From the NCBI RefSeq assembly GCF_009914755.1, contig NC_060933.1: a stretch of 64,000 bases of DNA, one strand, 5' to 3'. The notes beneath the pieces were generated by a model that saw only the letters and a program-made list of their open reading frames with translations, was not told the DNA's origin and did not search any database. Shown piece by piece: positions 45,201-61,600 of the stretch. The stretch comes from the human T2T-CHM13v2.0 reference genome, Homo sapiens. Each line of letters begins with the position of its first letter. Within the stretch, counting starts at the first letter, position 1. A program made the position numbers and the translations under genes.

Positions 45201-48200
45201 ATTCCATTCCATTCCATTCCATTCCATTCCATTGTACTCGGGTTGATTCCATTCCATTGCATTCCATTCCATTCCATTCCATTCCATTCCATTCCATTCC
45301 ATTCCATTCCGTTGCATTCCATTCCATTACATTCGGATTGATTCTATTCAACTCCCTTACTCTCCATTACATTCCATTCCATTTGGGTTTTTCCATTCCA
45401 TTCCATTCCATTCCACTCCATTCCATTGCACTCGGGTTGATTCCATTCCATTCCATTCCATTCCGGATGATTCCATTCCATTGCATTCCGTTCCATTACA
45501 TTCCCCTGCACTCGCGTTGATTCCATTCCATTCCATTCCATTCCATTCAATTCCATTCCATTACAATTCGTTCCATTCCATTCTATTCCCTACCATTCCA
45601 TTCCATTCCATACCATTCCATTCCATTCCATTCCATTCCATTCCATTCCGTTCCATTCCGTTCCATTCCATTCCATTCCATTCTATTCGGGTTAATTCCA
45701 TTCCATTCCATTCCATTCCATTCCATTCTATTCCATTCCATTGCAATCGAGTTGAATCAATTGCATTTCTTTCCATTCCATTCCATTCCATTCCATTCCA
45801 TTCCGGAAGATTCCATTCCATTGCATTCCATTCCATTCCATTCCCCTGCACTCGCGTTCATTCCATTCCATTCCATTCCATTCCATTCCATCCATTCCGT
45901 TGCGTTCCGTTCCATTCCATTCCATTCCATTCCGTTCCGTTCCATTCCATTCCATTCCATTCCATTCCATTCAGTGCCGTTCCATTCCATTCCATTCCAT
46001 TCTATTCGGGTTAATTCCATTCCATTCCATTCGATTGCCATCGAGTTGATTCCATTCCATTCCATTCCATTCCATTCCATTCCATTCTTTCCATTCCATT
46101 ACGGATGATTCCATTCCATTGCATTCCATTCCATTCCATTCCCCTGTACTCGGGTTGATTCCATTCCATTCCATTCCAATCCATGCCATTCCAGTCGTGT
46201 TGATTCCATTCTTTCCATTCCATTCAAGTTGAATCCATTCCATTGCATTCCATTCCATTCGATTCCATTCGATTGCACTCGGGTTGATTCCATTCCATTG
46301 CATTGCATTCCATTCCATTCCATTCCATTCCATTCCATTCCGTTCCATTCCATTCCATTACATTCGGATTGATTCTATTCAATTCCCTTACACTCCATTA
46401 CATTCCATTCCATTCGGGTAGTTTCCATTCCATTCCATTCCATTCCTCTCCATTCCATTGCACTCGGGTTGATTCCATTCCATTGCATTCCATTCCATTC
46501 CATTCAATTCCATTCCGTTCCATTCCATTCCATTACATTCGGATTGATTCTATTCAACTCCCTTACTCTCCATTACATTCGATTCCATTCGGGTTTTTCC
46601 ATTCCATTCCATTCCATTCCACTCCATTCCATTGCACTCGGGTTGATTCCATTGCATTCCATTCCATTCCATTCCATTCCATTCCGGAAGATTCCATTGC
46701 ATTGCATTCCATTCCATTCCATTCCCCTGCACTCGCGTTGATTGCATTCCATTCCATTCCATTCCATTCCATTCCATTCCATTCCATTCCATTCCATTCC
46801 TTTCCGTTCCATTCCATTCCATTCCATTCCATTCCAATCCATTCCATTCCGTTCCGTTCCGTTCCATTCCATTCCATTCCATTCTATTCGGGTTAATTCC
46901 ATTCCATTCCATTCAATTGCAATCGAGTTGATTCCATTCCATTCTATTCCATTCCATTCCATTCCTTTCCATTCCATTACGGATGATTCCATTCCATTGC
47001 ATTCCATTCCATTCCGTTTCCCTATACTCGGGTTGATTCCACTCCATTCCATTCCAATCCATGCCATTCCACTCGTGTTGATTCCATTCTTTCCATTCCA
47101 TTCAAGTTGAATCCATTCCATTGCATTCCGTTCCATTCCATTTCCCTGCAGTCGGGTTGATTCCATTCCATTCCATTCCATACCATTCCATTCCATTCCA
47201 TTCCGTTCCGTTCCATTCCATTCCATTCCATTCTATTCGGGTTAATTCCATTCCATTCCATTCCATTCCATTCCAATCGAGTTGATTTCATTCCATTCCA
47301 TTCCATTCCATTCCACTCCATTCTAGTCCTTTCCATTCCATTCCACTCGCGTTGATTCCAATGTATTCCTTTCCATTCCATTCCATTCCATTGCAATCCA
47401 GTTGATTCCATTGCTTTGCATTCCAATCCATTCCATTCCATTCCGGGTGATTCCATTCCATTGCATTCCATTCCATTCCATTCCCCTGCACTCGGGTTGA
47501 TTCCATTCCATTCCACTCCATTCCGTTCCATTCCATTCCATTCCATTGTATTCGGGTTAATTCCATTCCATTCCATTCCATTCCATTCCATTCCATTCCA
47601 TTAAAATCGAGTTGATTCCATTCCATTCCATTCCATTCCAGTCCTTTCCATTCCATTCCACTCGGGTTGATTCCATTCTATTAGTTTCCATTCCATTCCA
47701 TTCCCTTCCATTCCACTCTGGTTGATACCATTCCTTTCCATTCCACTCGAACACATTCCCTCCTATTCCACTCGGAACGATTCCATTCCATTCCATTCCA
47801 TTCCATTCCATTCCATTCCATTCCATTCCTTTCCATTCCATTCTATTCCGTATCATTCCATTCCATTCCATTCCATTCCATTCCATTCCATTCCATTCCA
47901 TTCCATTGTACTCGGGTTGATTCAATTCCATTGCATTCCATTCCATTCCATTCCTTTCCATTCCGTTGCATTCCATTCCATTACATTCGGATTGATTCTA
48001 TTCAACTCCCTTACTCTCCGTTACATTCCACTCCATTCGGGTTATTCCATTCCATTCCATTCCATTCCACTCCATTCCATTGCACTCGGGTTGATTCCAT
48101 TCCATTCCATTCCATTCCATTCCATTCCATTCCATTCCATTCCGGATGATTCCATTCCATTGCATTCCGTTCCATTACATTCCCCTGCAGTCGCGTTGAT

Positions 48201-51200
48201 TCCATTCCATTCCATTCAATTCCATTCCATTACAATTCGTTCCATTCCATTCTATTCCGTACCATTCCATTCCATTCCATACCATTCCATTCCATTCCAT
48301 TCTATTCCGTACCATTCCATTCCATTCCATACCATTCCATTCCATTCCATTCCATTCCATTCCGTTCCATTCCGTTCCATTCCCTTCCATTCCATTCTAT
48401 TTGGATTAATTCCATTCCATTCCATTCCATTCCATTCTATTCCATTCCATTGCAATCGAGTTGAATCCATTGCATTTCATTCCATTCCATTGCATTCCAT
48501 TCCATTCCGGAATATTCCATTCCATTGCATTCCATTCCATTCCATTCCCCTGCACTCGCGTTGATTCCATTCCATTCCATTCCATTCCATTCCATTCCGT
48601 TCCGTTCCATTCCATTCCATTCCATTCCATTCCATTCCGTTCCGTTCCATTCCATTCCATTCCATTCTATTCGGGTTAATTCCATTCCATTCCATTCGAT
48701 TGCAATCGAGTTGATTCCTTTCCGTTCCATTCCTTTCCATTCCATTACGGATGATTCCATTCCATTGCATTCCATTCCATTCCATTCCCCTGTACTCGTG
48801 TTGATTCCATTCCATTCCATTCCAATCCATGCCATTCCACTCGTGTTGATTTCATTCTTTCCATTCCATTCAAGTTGAATCCATTCCATTGCTATCCATT
48901 CCATTCGATTCCATTCGATTGCACTCGGGTTGATTCCATTCCATTCCATTCCATTCCATTCCATTCCATTACATTCGGATTGATTCTATTCAATTCCCTT
49001 ACACTCCATTACATTCCATTCCATTCGGGTAGTTTCCATTCCATTCCATTCCATTCCTCTCCATTCCATTGCACTCGGGTTGATTCGATTCCATTGCATT
49101 CCATTCCATTCCATTCAATTCCATTCCGTTCCATTCCATTCCTTTACATTCGGATTTATTCTATTCAACTCCCTTACTCTCCATTACATTCCATTCCATT
49201 CGGGTTGTTCCATTCCATTCCATTCCATTCCAATCCACTCCATTCCATTGCACTCGGGTTGATTCCATTCCATTCCATTCCATTCCATTCCATTACATTA
49301 CATTCCATTCCATTCCGTTCCATTGTACTCGGGTTGATTCCATTCCATTGCATTCCATTCCATTCCATTCCATACCATTCCATTCCATTCCGTTCCATTC
49401 CATTACATTCGGATTGATTCTATTCAACTCCCTTACTCTCCATTACATTCCATTCCATTCGGGTTGTTCCATTCCATTCCATTCCATTCCACTCCATTCC
49501 ATTGCGCTCGGGTTGATTCCATTCCATTCCATTCCATTCCATTCCATTCCATTCCGGATGATTCCATTCCATTGCATTCCGTTCCATTACATTCCCCGGC
49601 ACTCGGGTTGATTCCATTCCATTCCATTCCATTCCATTCGATTCCATTCCATTCCAATTCTTTCCATTCCCTTCTATTCCGTACCATTCCATTCCATTCC
49701 ATACAATTCCATTCCATTCCATTCCACTCCGTTCCGTTGCGTTCCGTTCTGTTCCGCTCCATTCCATTCCATTCCATTCTATTCGGTTTAATTCCATTCC
49801 ATTCCATTCCATTCCATTCCATTCTATTCCATTCCATTGCAATCGAGTTGAATCCATTGCATTCCATTCCATTCCATTCCATTCCATTCCATTGTACTCG
49901 GGTTGATTCCATTCCATTGCATTCCATTCCATTCCATTCCATTCCATTCCATTCCGTTCCATTCCATTCCATTACATTCGGATTGATTCTTTTCATCTCC
50001 CTTACTCTCCATTACATTCCATTCAATTCGGGTTGTTCCATTCCATTCCTTTGCATTCCACTCCATTCCATTGCACTCGGGTTGATTCCATTCCATTCCA
50101 TTCCATTCCATTCCATTCCATTCCATTCCATTCCGGATGATTCCATTCCATTGCATTCCGTTCCATTACGTTCCCCTGCACTCGGGTTGATTCCATTCCA
50201 TTCCTTTCCATTCCATTCGATTCCATTCCATTCCCCTGTACTCGCGTTGATTCCATTCCATTCCATTCCGTTCCATTCCATTCCATTCCATTCCTTTCCG
50301 TTCCATTCCATTCCACTCCATTCCATTCCGTTCCGTTCCATTCCATTCCATTCCATTCTATTCGGGTTAATTCCATTCCATTCCATTTGACTGCAATCGA
50401 GTTGATTCCATTCCATTCCATTCCATTCCATTCCATTCCAGTCCTTTCCATTCCTTTCCATTCCATTACAGATGATTCCATTCCATTGCATTCCATTGCA
50501 TTCCATTCCGCTGTACTCGGGTTGATTCCATTCCATTCCATTCCAATCCATGCCATTCCACTCGTGTTGATTCCATTCTTTCCTTTCCATTCAAGTTGAA
50601 TGCATTCCATTGCATTCCATTCCATTTGATTCCATTCGATTGCACTCGGGTTGATTCCATTCCATTGCATTCCATTCCATTCCATTCCATTCCCTTCCAT
50701 TCCACTCTGGTTGATTCCATTCCTTTCCATTCCACTCGAATACATTCCCTCCTATTCCACTCGGAACGATTCCATTCCATTCCATTCCATTCCATTCCAT
50801 TCCATTCCATTTCGTTCCATTCCATTCTATTCCATATCATTCCATTCCATTCCATTCCATTCCATTCCATTCCATTCCATTCCATTGTACTCGGGTTGAT
50901 TCCATTGCATTGCATTCCATTCCATTCCATTCCATTCCACTCCGTTGCATTCCATTCCATTACATTCGGACTGATTCTATTCAACTCCCTTACTCTTCAT
51001 TACATTCCATTCCATTGGGGTTGTTCCATTCCATTCCATTCCATTCCACTCCATTCCATTGCACTCGGGTTGATTCCATTCCATTCCATTCCATTCCATT
51101 CCATTCCGGATGATTCCATTCCATTGCATTCCGTTCCATTACATTCCCCTGCACTCGCGTTGATTCCATTCCATTCCATTCCATTCCATTCAATTCCATT

Positions 51201-52859
51201 CCATTACAATTCGTTCCATTCCATTCTATTCCATACCATTCCATTCCATTCCATACCATTCCATTCCATTCCGTTCCATTCCGTTCCGTTCCATTCCGTT
51301 CCATTCCATTCCATTCCATTCTATTCGGATTAATTCCATTCCATTCCATTCCATTCCATTCTATTCCATTCCATTGCAATCGAGTTGAATCCATTGCATT
51401 TCATTCCATTCCATTCCATTCCATTCCATTCCGAAAGATTCCATTCCATTACATTCCATTCCATTCCATTCCCCTGCACTCGCATTGATTCCATTCCATT
51501 CCATTCCATTCCATTCCGTTCCATTCCATTCCATTCCATTCCGTTCCGTTCCATTCCATTCCATTCCATTCCGTTCCATTCCATTCCATTCCATTCCATT
51601 CCATTCCATTCCGTTCCGTTCCATTCTATTTCATTCCACTCTATTCGGGTTAATTCCATTCCATTTCATTCGATGGCAATCGAGTTGATTCCATTCCATT
51701 CCATTCCATTCTATTCGGGTTAATTCCATTCCATTCCATTCGATTGCAATCGAGTTTATTCCATTCCATTCCATTCCATTCCATTCCATTCCATTCCTTT
51801 CCATTCCATTACGGATGATTCCATTCCATTGCATTCCATTCCAGTCCATTCCCCTGTACTCGGGTTGATTCCATTCCATTCCATTCCAATCCATACCATT
51901 CCACTCGTGTTGATTCCATTCTTTCCATTCCATTCAAGTTGAATCCATTCCATTGCATTCCATTCCATTCCATTCCCCTGCACTCGCGTTGATTCCATTC
52001 CATTCCATTCTATTCCATTCCATTCCCTTCTTTTCCGTTCCATTCCATTCCATTCCATTCCATTCCATTCCGTTCCGTTCCATTCCATTCCATTCCATTC
52101 CATTCCGTTCCGTTCCATTCCATTCCATTCCTTTCTATTCGGGTTAATTCCATTCCATTCCATTCGATTGCAATCGAGTTGATTCCATTCCATTCCATTC
52201 CTTTCCATTCCATTACGGATGATTCCATTTCATTGCATTCCATTCCATTCCATTCCATTCCCCTATACTCGGGTTGATTCCATTCCATTCCATTCCAATC
52301 CATGCCATTCCACTCGTTTTTATTCCATTCTTTCCATTCCATTCAAGTTGAATCCATTCCATTGCATTCCATTCCATTCGATTCCATTCGATTGCACTCG
52401 GGTTGATTCCATTCCATTGCATTCCATTCCATTCCATTCCATTCCGTTCCATTCCATTTCATTACATTCAGATTGATTCTATTCAATTCCCTTACACTCC
52501 ATTATATTCCAATCCATTCTGGTTGTCTCCATTCCATTCCATTCCATTTCACTCCATTCCATTGCACTCGGGTTGATTCCATTCCATTCCATTCCATTGC
52601 ATTGCATTCCATTCCATTCCAGATGATTCCATTCCATTGCATTCCATTCCATTCCATTCCCCTGCACTCGGGTTGATTCCATTCCATTCCATTCCATTAC
52701 ATTACGTTCCATTCCATTCCATTCCATTCGGATTGATTCTATTCAATTCCCTTACACTCCATTACATTCCATTCCATACGGGTAGTTTCCATTCCATTCC
52801 ATTCCATTCCTCTCCATTCCATTGCACTCGGGTTGATTCCATTCCATTCCATTCCATTC

Positions 52860-52899
52860 CATTACATTACATTACATTACATTACATTACATTACATTA
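52860..52899 (+). repeat. (CATTA)8 variant-pentamer microsatellite inside the satellite
   Basis: c attacattac attacattac attacattac attacatta. Elsewhere CATTA occurs only singly or in pairs. Confidence 0.93.
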
Positions 52900-55689
52900 T
52901 ATTCCGTTCCATTGTACTCGGGTTGATTCCATTCCATTGCATTCCATTCCATTCCATTCCATTCCATTCCGTTCCATTCCATTACATTCGGATTGATTCT
53001 ATTCAACTCCCTTACTCTCCATTACATTCCATTCCATTCGGGTTGTTCCATTCCATTCCACTCCATTCCACTCCATTCCATTGCGCTCGGGTTGATTCCA
53101 TTCCATTCAATTCCATTCCATTCCATTCCATTCCATTCCGGATGATTCCATTCCATTGCAATCCGTTCCATTACATTCCCCAGCACTCGGGTTGATCCCA
53201 TTCCATTCCATTCCATTCCATTCCATTCCATTCCAATTCTTTCCATTCCATGCTATTCCGTACCATTCCATTCAATTCCATACAATTCCATTCCATTCCA
53301 TTCCACTCCGTTCCGTTCCGTTCCGTTCTGTTCCGTTCCATTCCATTCCATTCCATTCTATTCGGTTTAATTCCATTCCATTCCATTCCATTCCATTCCA
53401 TTCCATTCCATTCCATTCCATTGCAATCGAGTTGAATCCATTGCATTCCATTCCATTCCATTCCATTCCATTCCATTCCATTCCATTCAATTCCGGAAGA
53501 TTCCATTCCATTGCATTCCATTCCATTCCATTCCATTCCATTCCATTCCATTCCATTCCGGAAGATTCCATTCCATTGCATTCCATTCCATTCCATTCCC
53601 CTGCTCTCGCGTTGATTCCATTCCATTCCATTCCATTCCATTCCATTCCATTCCTTTCCGTTCCATTCCATTCCATTCCATTCCATTCCAATCCACTCCA
53701 TTCCGTTCCGTTCCGTTCCATTCCATTCCATTCCATTCTATTCGGGTTAATTCCATTACATTCCATTCGATTGCAATCGAGTTGTTTCCATTCCATTCTA
53801 TTCCATTCCATTCCATTCCATTCCATTCCTTTCCATTCCATTCCATTACGGATGATTCCATTCCATTGCATTCCATTCCATTCCATTCCCCTGTACTCGG
53901 GTTGATTCCATTCCATTTCATTCGAATCCCTGCCATTCCACTCGTGTTGATTCCATTCTTTCCATTCCATTCAAGTTGAATCCATTCCATTGCATTCCAT
54001 TCCATTCCATTCCCCTGCAGTCGGGTTGATTCCATTCCATTCCATTCCATTCGATTCCATTCCATTCCATTCCGTTCCGTTCCATTCCATTCCATTCCAT
54101 TCTATTCGGGTTGATTCCATTCCATTCCATTCCATTCCATTCCAATCGAGTTGATTCCATTCCATTCCATTCCATTCCATTCCACTCCATTCCAGTCCTT
54201 TCCATTCCATTCCACTCGCGTTGATTCCAATGTATTCCTTTCCATTCCATTCCAATCCATTGCAATCGAGTTGATTCCATTGCTTTGCATTCCATTCCAT
54301 TCCATTCCATTCCGGATGATTCCATTCCATTGCATTCCATTCCATTCCATTCCTCTGCACTCGGGTTGATTCCATTCCATTCCACTCCATTCCGTTCCAT
54401 TCCATTCCATTCCATTGTATTCGGGTTAATTCCATTCCATTCCATTCCATTCCATTCCATTACAATCGAGTTGATTCTATTCCATTCCATTCCATTCCAG
54501 TCCTTTCCATTCCATTCCACACGGGTTGATTCCATTCTATTAGTTTCCATTCCATTCCATTCCCTTCCATTCCACTCTGGTTGATACCATTCCTTTCCAT
54601 TCCACTCGAATACATTCCCTCCTATTCCACTCGGAACGATTCCATTCCATTCCATTCCATTCCATTCCATTCCATTCCATTCCATTCCATTCCATTTCGT
54701 TCCATTCCATTCTATTCCGTATCATTCCATTCCATTCCATTCCATTCCATTCCATTCCATTCCATTGTACTCGGGTTGATTCAATTCCATTGCATTCCAT
54801 TCCATTCCATTCCCTTCCATTCCATTCCATTCCATTCCGTTGCATTCCATTCCATTACATTCGGATTGATTCTATTCAACTCCCTTACTCTCCATTACAT
54901 TCCATTGCACTCGGATTGATTCCATTCCATTCCATTCCATTCCATTCCATTCCATTCCGGATGATTACATTCCATTGCATTCCGTTCCATTACATTCCCC
55001 TGCACTCGCGTTGATTCCAATCCATTCCATTCCATTCCATTCAATTCCATTCCATTACAATTCGTTCCATTCCATTCTATTCCGTACCATTCCATTCCAT
55101 TCCATACCATTCCATTCCATTCCATTCCATTCCATTCCATTCCATTCCGTTCCATTCCGTTCCATTCCATTCCATTCCATTCTATTCGCATTAATTCCAT
55201 TCCATTCCATTCCATTCCATTCTATTCCATTCCATTGCAATCGAGTTGAATCCATTGCATTTCATTCCATTCCATTCCATTCCGGAAGATTCCATTCCAT
55301 TGCATTCCATTCCATTCCATTCCCCTGCACTCGCGTTGATTCCATTCCATTCCATTCCATTCCATTCCATTCCATTCCGTTCCGTTCCGTTCCGTTCCAT
55401 TCCATTCAATTCCATTCCATTCCGTTCCGTTCCATTCCATTCCATTCCATTCCATTCTATTCGGGTTAATTCCATTCCATTCCATTCGATTGCAATCGAG
55501 TTGATTCCATTCCATTCCATTCCATTCCATTCCATTCCATTCCATTCTTTTCCATTCCATTACGGATGATTCCATTCCATTGCATTCCATTCCATTCCAT
55601 TCCCCTGTACTCGGGTTGATTCCATTCCATTCCATTCCAATCCATGCCATTCCACTCGTGTTGATTCCATTCTTTCCATTCCATTCAAG

Positions 55690-58600
55690 TTGAATCCATT
55701 CCATTGCATTCCATTCCTTTCGATTCCATTCTATTGCACTCGGGTTGATTCAATTCCATTGCATTCCATTCCATTCCATTCCATTCCATTCCGTTGCATT
55801 CCATTCCATTACATTCCGATTGATTCTATTCAACTCCCTTACTCTCCATTACATTCCATTCCATTCGGGTTGTTCCATTCCATTCCATTCCATTCCACTC
55901 CATTCCATTGCACTCGGGTTGATTCCATTCCTTTCCATTCCATTCCGGATGATTCCATTCCATTCCATTCCGTTCCATTACATTCCCCTGCACTCGCGTT
56001 GATTCCATTCCATTCCATTCCATTCCATTCAATTCCATTCCATTACAATTCGTTCCATTCCATTCTATTCCTTACCATTCCATTCCATTCCATACCTTTC
56101 CATTCCATTGCATTCCATTCCATTCCATTCCGTTCCATTCCGTTCCATTCCATTCCATTCCATTCCATTCGGGTTAATTCCATTCCATTCCATTCCATTC
56201 AATTCCATTCCATTACAATCGAGTTGATTCCATTCCATTCCATTCCATTCCAGTCCTTTCCATTCCATTCCTCTCGGGTTGATTCCATTCTATTAGTTTC
56301 CATTCCATTCCATTCCCTTCCATTCCACTCAGGATTTTTCCATTCCTTTCCATTCCACTCGAATACATTCCCTCCTATTCCACTCAGAACGATTCCATTC
56401 CATTCCATTCCATTCCATTCCATTCCATTCCATTCCATTCCATTGTACTCGGGTTGATTCAATTCCATTGCATTCCATTCCATTCCATTCCATTCCATTC
56501 CGTTGCATTCCATTCCATTACATTCGGATTGATTCTATTCAACTCCCTTACTCTCCATTACATTCCATTCCATTCGGGTTGTTCCATTCCATTCCATTCC
56601 ATTCCACTCCATTCCATTGCACTCGGGTTGATTCCATTCCATTCCATTCCATTCCATTCCATTCCGGATGATTCCATTCCATTGCATTCCGTTCCATTAC
56701 ATTCCCCTGCACTCGCGTTGATTCCATTCCATTCCATTCCATTCCATTCAATTCCATTCCATTACAATTCGTTCCATTCCATTCTATTCCGTACCATTCC
56801 ATTCCGTTCCATTCCGTTCCATTCCATTCCATTCCATTCTATTCTAATTAATTCCATTCCATTCCATGCCATTCCATTCCCTTCTATGCGGGTTAATTCC
56901 ATTCCATTCCATTCCATTCCAATCCATTCCATTCTATTCCATTCCATTGCAATCGAGTTGAATCCATTGCATTTCATTCCATTCCATTCCATTCCATTCC
57001 ATTCTGGAAGATTCCATTCCATTGCATTCCATTCCATTCCATTCCCCTGCAGTCGCGTAGATTCCCTTCCATTCCATTCCATTCCATTCCATCCATTCGG
57101 TTCCGTTCCGTTCCATTCCATTCCATTCCATTCCATTCCATTCCGTTCCGTTCCATTCCATTCCATTCCATTCTATTCGGGTTAATTCCATTCCATTCCA
57201 TTCGATTGCTATCGAGTTGATTCCATTCCATTCCATTCCATTCCATTCCATTCCTTTCCATTCCATTACGGATGATTCCATTCCATTGCATTCCATTCCA
57301 TTCCATTCCCCTGTACTCGGGTTGATTCCATTCCATTCCATTCCAATCCATGCCATTCCACTCGTGTTGATTCCATTCTTTCCATTCCATTCAAGTTGAA
57401 TCCATTCCATTGCATTCCATTCCATTCGATTCCATTCGATTGCACTCGGGTTGATTCCATTCCATTGCATTCCATTCCATTCCATTTCATTCCATTTCAT
57501 TCCGTTCCATTCCATTTCATTACATTCAGATTGATTCTATTCAATTCCCTTACATTCCATTATATTCCAATCCATTCTGGTTGTCTCCATTCAATTCCAT
57601 TCCATTTCACTCCATTCCATCGCACTCGGGTTGATTCCATTCCATTCCATTCCATTGCATTCCATTCCATTCCATTCCGGATGATTCCATTCCATTGCAT
57701 TCCATTCCATTCCATACCCCTGCACTCGGGTCGATTCCATTCCATTCCATTCCATTACATTCCGTTCTATTCCATTCCATTCCATTCGGATTGATTCTAT
57801 TCAATTCCCTTACATTCCATTCCATTCCATTCCATTCGGGTAGTTTCCATTCCATTCCATTCCATTCCTCTCCATTCCATTGCACTCGGGTTGATTCCAT
57901 TCCATTCCATTCCATTCCATTCCATTCCATTCCGTTCCATTTTACTCGGGTTGATTCCATTCCATTGCATTCCCTTGCATTCCATTCCATTCCATTCCAT
58001 TCCATTCCGTTCCATTCCATTACATTCGGATTGATTCTATTCAACTCCCTTACTCTCCATTACATTCCATTGCACTCGGGTTGATTCCATTCCATTCCAT
58101 TCCATTCCATTCCATTCCATTCCGGATGATTACATTCCATTGCATTCCGTTCCATTACATTCCCCTGCACTCGCGTTGATTCCAATCCATTCCATTCCAT
58201 TCCATTCAATTCCATTCCATTACAATTCGTTCCATTCCATTCTATTCCGTACCATTCCATTCCATTCCATACCATTCCATTCCATTCCATTCCATTCCAT
58301 TCCATTCCGTTCCATTCCGTTCCATTCCATTCCATTCCATTCTATTCGCATTAATTCCATTCCATTCCATTCCATTCCATTCTATTCCATTCCATTGCAA
58401 TCGAGTTGAATCCATTGCATTTCATTCCATTCCATTCCATTCCGGAAGATTCCATTCCATTGCATTCCATTCCATTCCATTCCCCTGCACTCGCGTTGAT
58501 TCCATTCCATTCCATTCCATTCCATTCCATTCCATTCCGTTCCGTTCCGTTCCATTCCATTCAATTCCATTCCATTCCGTTCCGTTCCATTCCATTCCAT

Positions 58601-61600
58601 TCCATTCCATTCTATTCGGGTTAATTCCATTCCATTCCATTCGATTGCAATCGAGTTCATTCCATTCCATTCCATTCGATTCCATTCCATTCCATTCCAT
58701 TCCATTCCATTCTTTTCCATTCCATTACGGATGATTCCATTCCATTCCATTCCATTCCGGATGATTCCATTCCATTGCATTCCGTTCCATTACATTCCCC
58801 TGCACTCGGGTTGATTCCATTCCATTCCATTCCATTCCATTCCATTCCATTCCATTCCGGATGATTCCATTCCATTGCATTCCGTTCCATTACATTCCCC
58901 TGCACTCGCGTTGATTCCATTCCATTCCATTCCATTCCATTCAATTCCATTCCATTACAATTCGTTCCATCCCATTCTATTCCGTACCATTCCATTCCGT
59001 TCCATTCCGTTCCATTCCATTCCATTCGATTCTATTCGAATTAATTCCATTCCATTCCATGCCATTCCATTCCCTTCTATGCGGGTTAATTCCATTCCAT
59101 TCCATTCCATTCCATTCCATTCTATTCCATTCCATTGCAATCGAGTTGAATCCATTGCATTTCATTCCATTCCATTCCATTCCATTCCATTCTGGAAGAT
59201 TCCGTTCCATTGCATTCCATTCCATTCCATTCCCCTGCACTCGCGTTGATTCCATTCCATTCCATTCCATTCCATTCCATCCATTCGGTTCCGTTCCGTT
59301 CCATTCCATTCCATTCCATTCCATTCCATTCCGTTCCGTTCCATTCCATTCCATTCCATTCTATTCGGGTTAATTCCATTCCATTCCATTCGATTGCTAT
59401 CGAGTTGATTCCATTCCATTCCATTCCATTCCATTCCATTCCATTCCTTTCCATTCCATTACGGATGATTCCATTCCATTGCATTCCATTCCATTCCATT
59501 CCCCTGTACTCGGGTTGATTCCATTCCATTCCATTCCAATCCATGCCATTCCACTCGTGTTGATTCCATTCTTTCCATTCCATTCAAGTTGAATCCATTC
59601 CATTGCATTCCATTCCATTCGATTCCATTCGATTGCACTCGGGTTGATTCCATTCCATTGCATTCCATTCCATTCCATTTCATTCCATTCCATTCCGTTC
59701 CATTCCATTTCATTACATTCAGATTGATTCTATTCAATTCCCTTACATTCCATTATATTCCAATCCATTCTGGTTGTCTCCATTCAATTCCATTCCATTT
59801 CACTCCATTCCATCGCACTCGGGTTGATTCCATTCCATTCCATTCCATTGCATTCCATTCCATTCTATTCCGGATGATTCCATTCCATTGCATTCCATTC
59901 CATTCCATACCCCTGCACTCGGGTTGATTCCATTCCATTCCATTCCATTACATTCCGTTCTATTCCATTCCATTCCATTCGGATTGATTCTATTCAATTC
60001 CCTTACATTCCATTCCATTCCATTCCATTCGGGTAGTTTCCATTCCATTCCATTCCATTCCTCTCCATTCCATTGCACTCGGGTTGATTCCATTCCATTC
60101 CATTCCATTCCTTTCCATTCCATTCCATTCCGTTCCATTTTACTCGGGTTGATTCCATTCCATTGCATTCCCTTCCATTCCATTCCATTCCATTCCATTC
60201 CATTCCGTTCCATTCCATTACATTCGGATTGTTTCTATTCAGCTCCCTTACTCTCCATTACATTCCATTCCATTCGGGTTGTTCCATTCCATTCCATTCC
60301 ATTCCACTCCATTCCATTGCGCTCGGGTTGATTCCATTCCATTCCATTCCATTCCATTCCATTCCATTCCATTCCGGATGATTCCATTCCATTGCATTCC
60401 GTTCCATTACATTCCCCTGCACTCGGGTTGATTCCATTCCATTCCATTCCATTCCATTCCATACGATTCCATTCCATTCCAATTCTTTCCATTCCATTCT
60501 ATTCCGTACCATTCCATTCCATTCCATACAATGCCATTCCATTCCATTCCACTCCGTTCCGTTCCGTTCCGTTCTGTTCCGTTCCATTCCATTCCGTTCC
60601 ATTCTATTCGGTTTAATTCCATTCCATTCCATTCCATTCCATTCCATTCCATTCTATTCCATTCCATTGCAATCGAGTTGAATCCATTGCATTCCATTCC
60701 ATTCCATTCCATTCCGGAAGATTCCATTCCATTGCATTCCATTGCATTCCATTCCATTCCATTCCATTCCATTCCATTCCATTCCATTCCATTGTACTCG
60801 GGTTGATTCCATTCCATTGCATTCCATTCCATTCCATTCCATTCCATTCCATTACATTCGGATTGATTCTATTCAACTCCCTTACTCTCCATTACATTCC
60901 ATTCCATTCGGGTTGTTCCATTCCATTCCATTCCATTCCACTCCATTCCATTGCACTCGGGTTGATTCCATTCCATTCCATTCCATTCCGGAAGATTCCA
61001 TTCCATTGCATTCCATTCCATTCCATTCCCCTGCACTCGCGTTGATTCCATTCCATTCCATTCTATTCCATTCCATTCCCTTCCTTTCCTTTCCATTCCA
61101 TTACATTCCATTCCATTCCATTCCGTTCCGTTCCATTCCATTCCATTCCATTCTATTCGGGTTAATTCCATTCCATTCCATTCGATTGCAATCGAGTTGT
61201 TTCCATTCCATTCCATTCCATTCCATTCCATTCCATTGCATTCCATTCCATTCCTTTCCATTCCTTTACGGATGATTCCATTCCATTGCATTCCATTCCA
61301 TTCCATTCCCCTGTACTCGGGTTGATTCCATTCCATTCCATTCCAATCCATGCCATTCCACTCGTGTTGATTCCATTATTCCATTCCATTCAAGTTGAAT
61401 CCATTCCATTGCATTCCATTCCTTTCGATTCCATTCTATTGCACTCGGGTTGATTCAATTCCATTGCATTCCATTCCATTCCATTCCATTCCATTCCGTT
61501 GCATTCCATTCCATTACATTCCGATTGATTCTATTCAACTCCCTTACTCTCCATTACATTCCATTCCATTCGGGTTGTTCCATTCCATTCCATTCCATTC

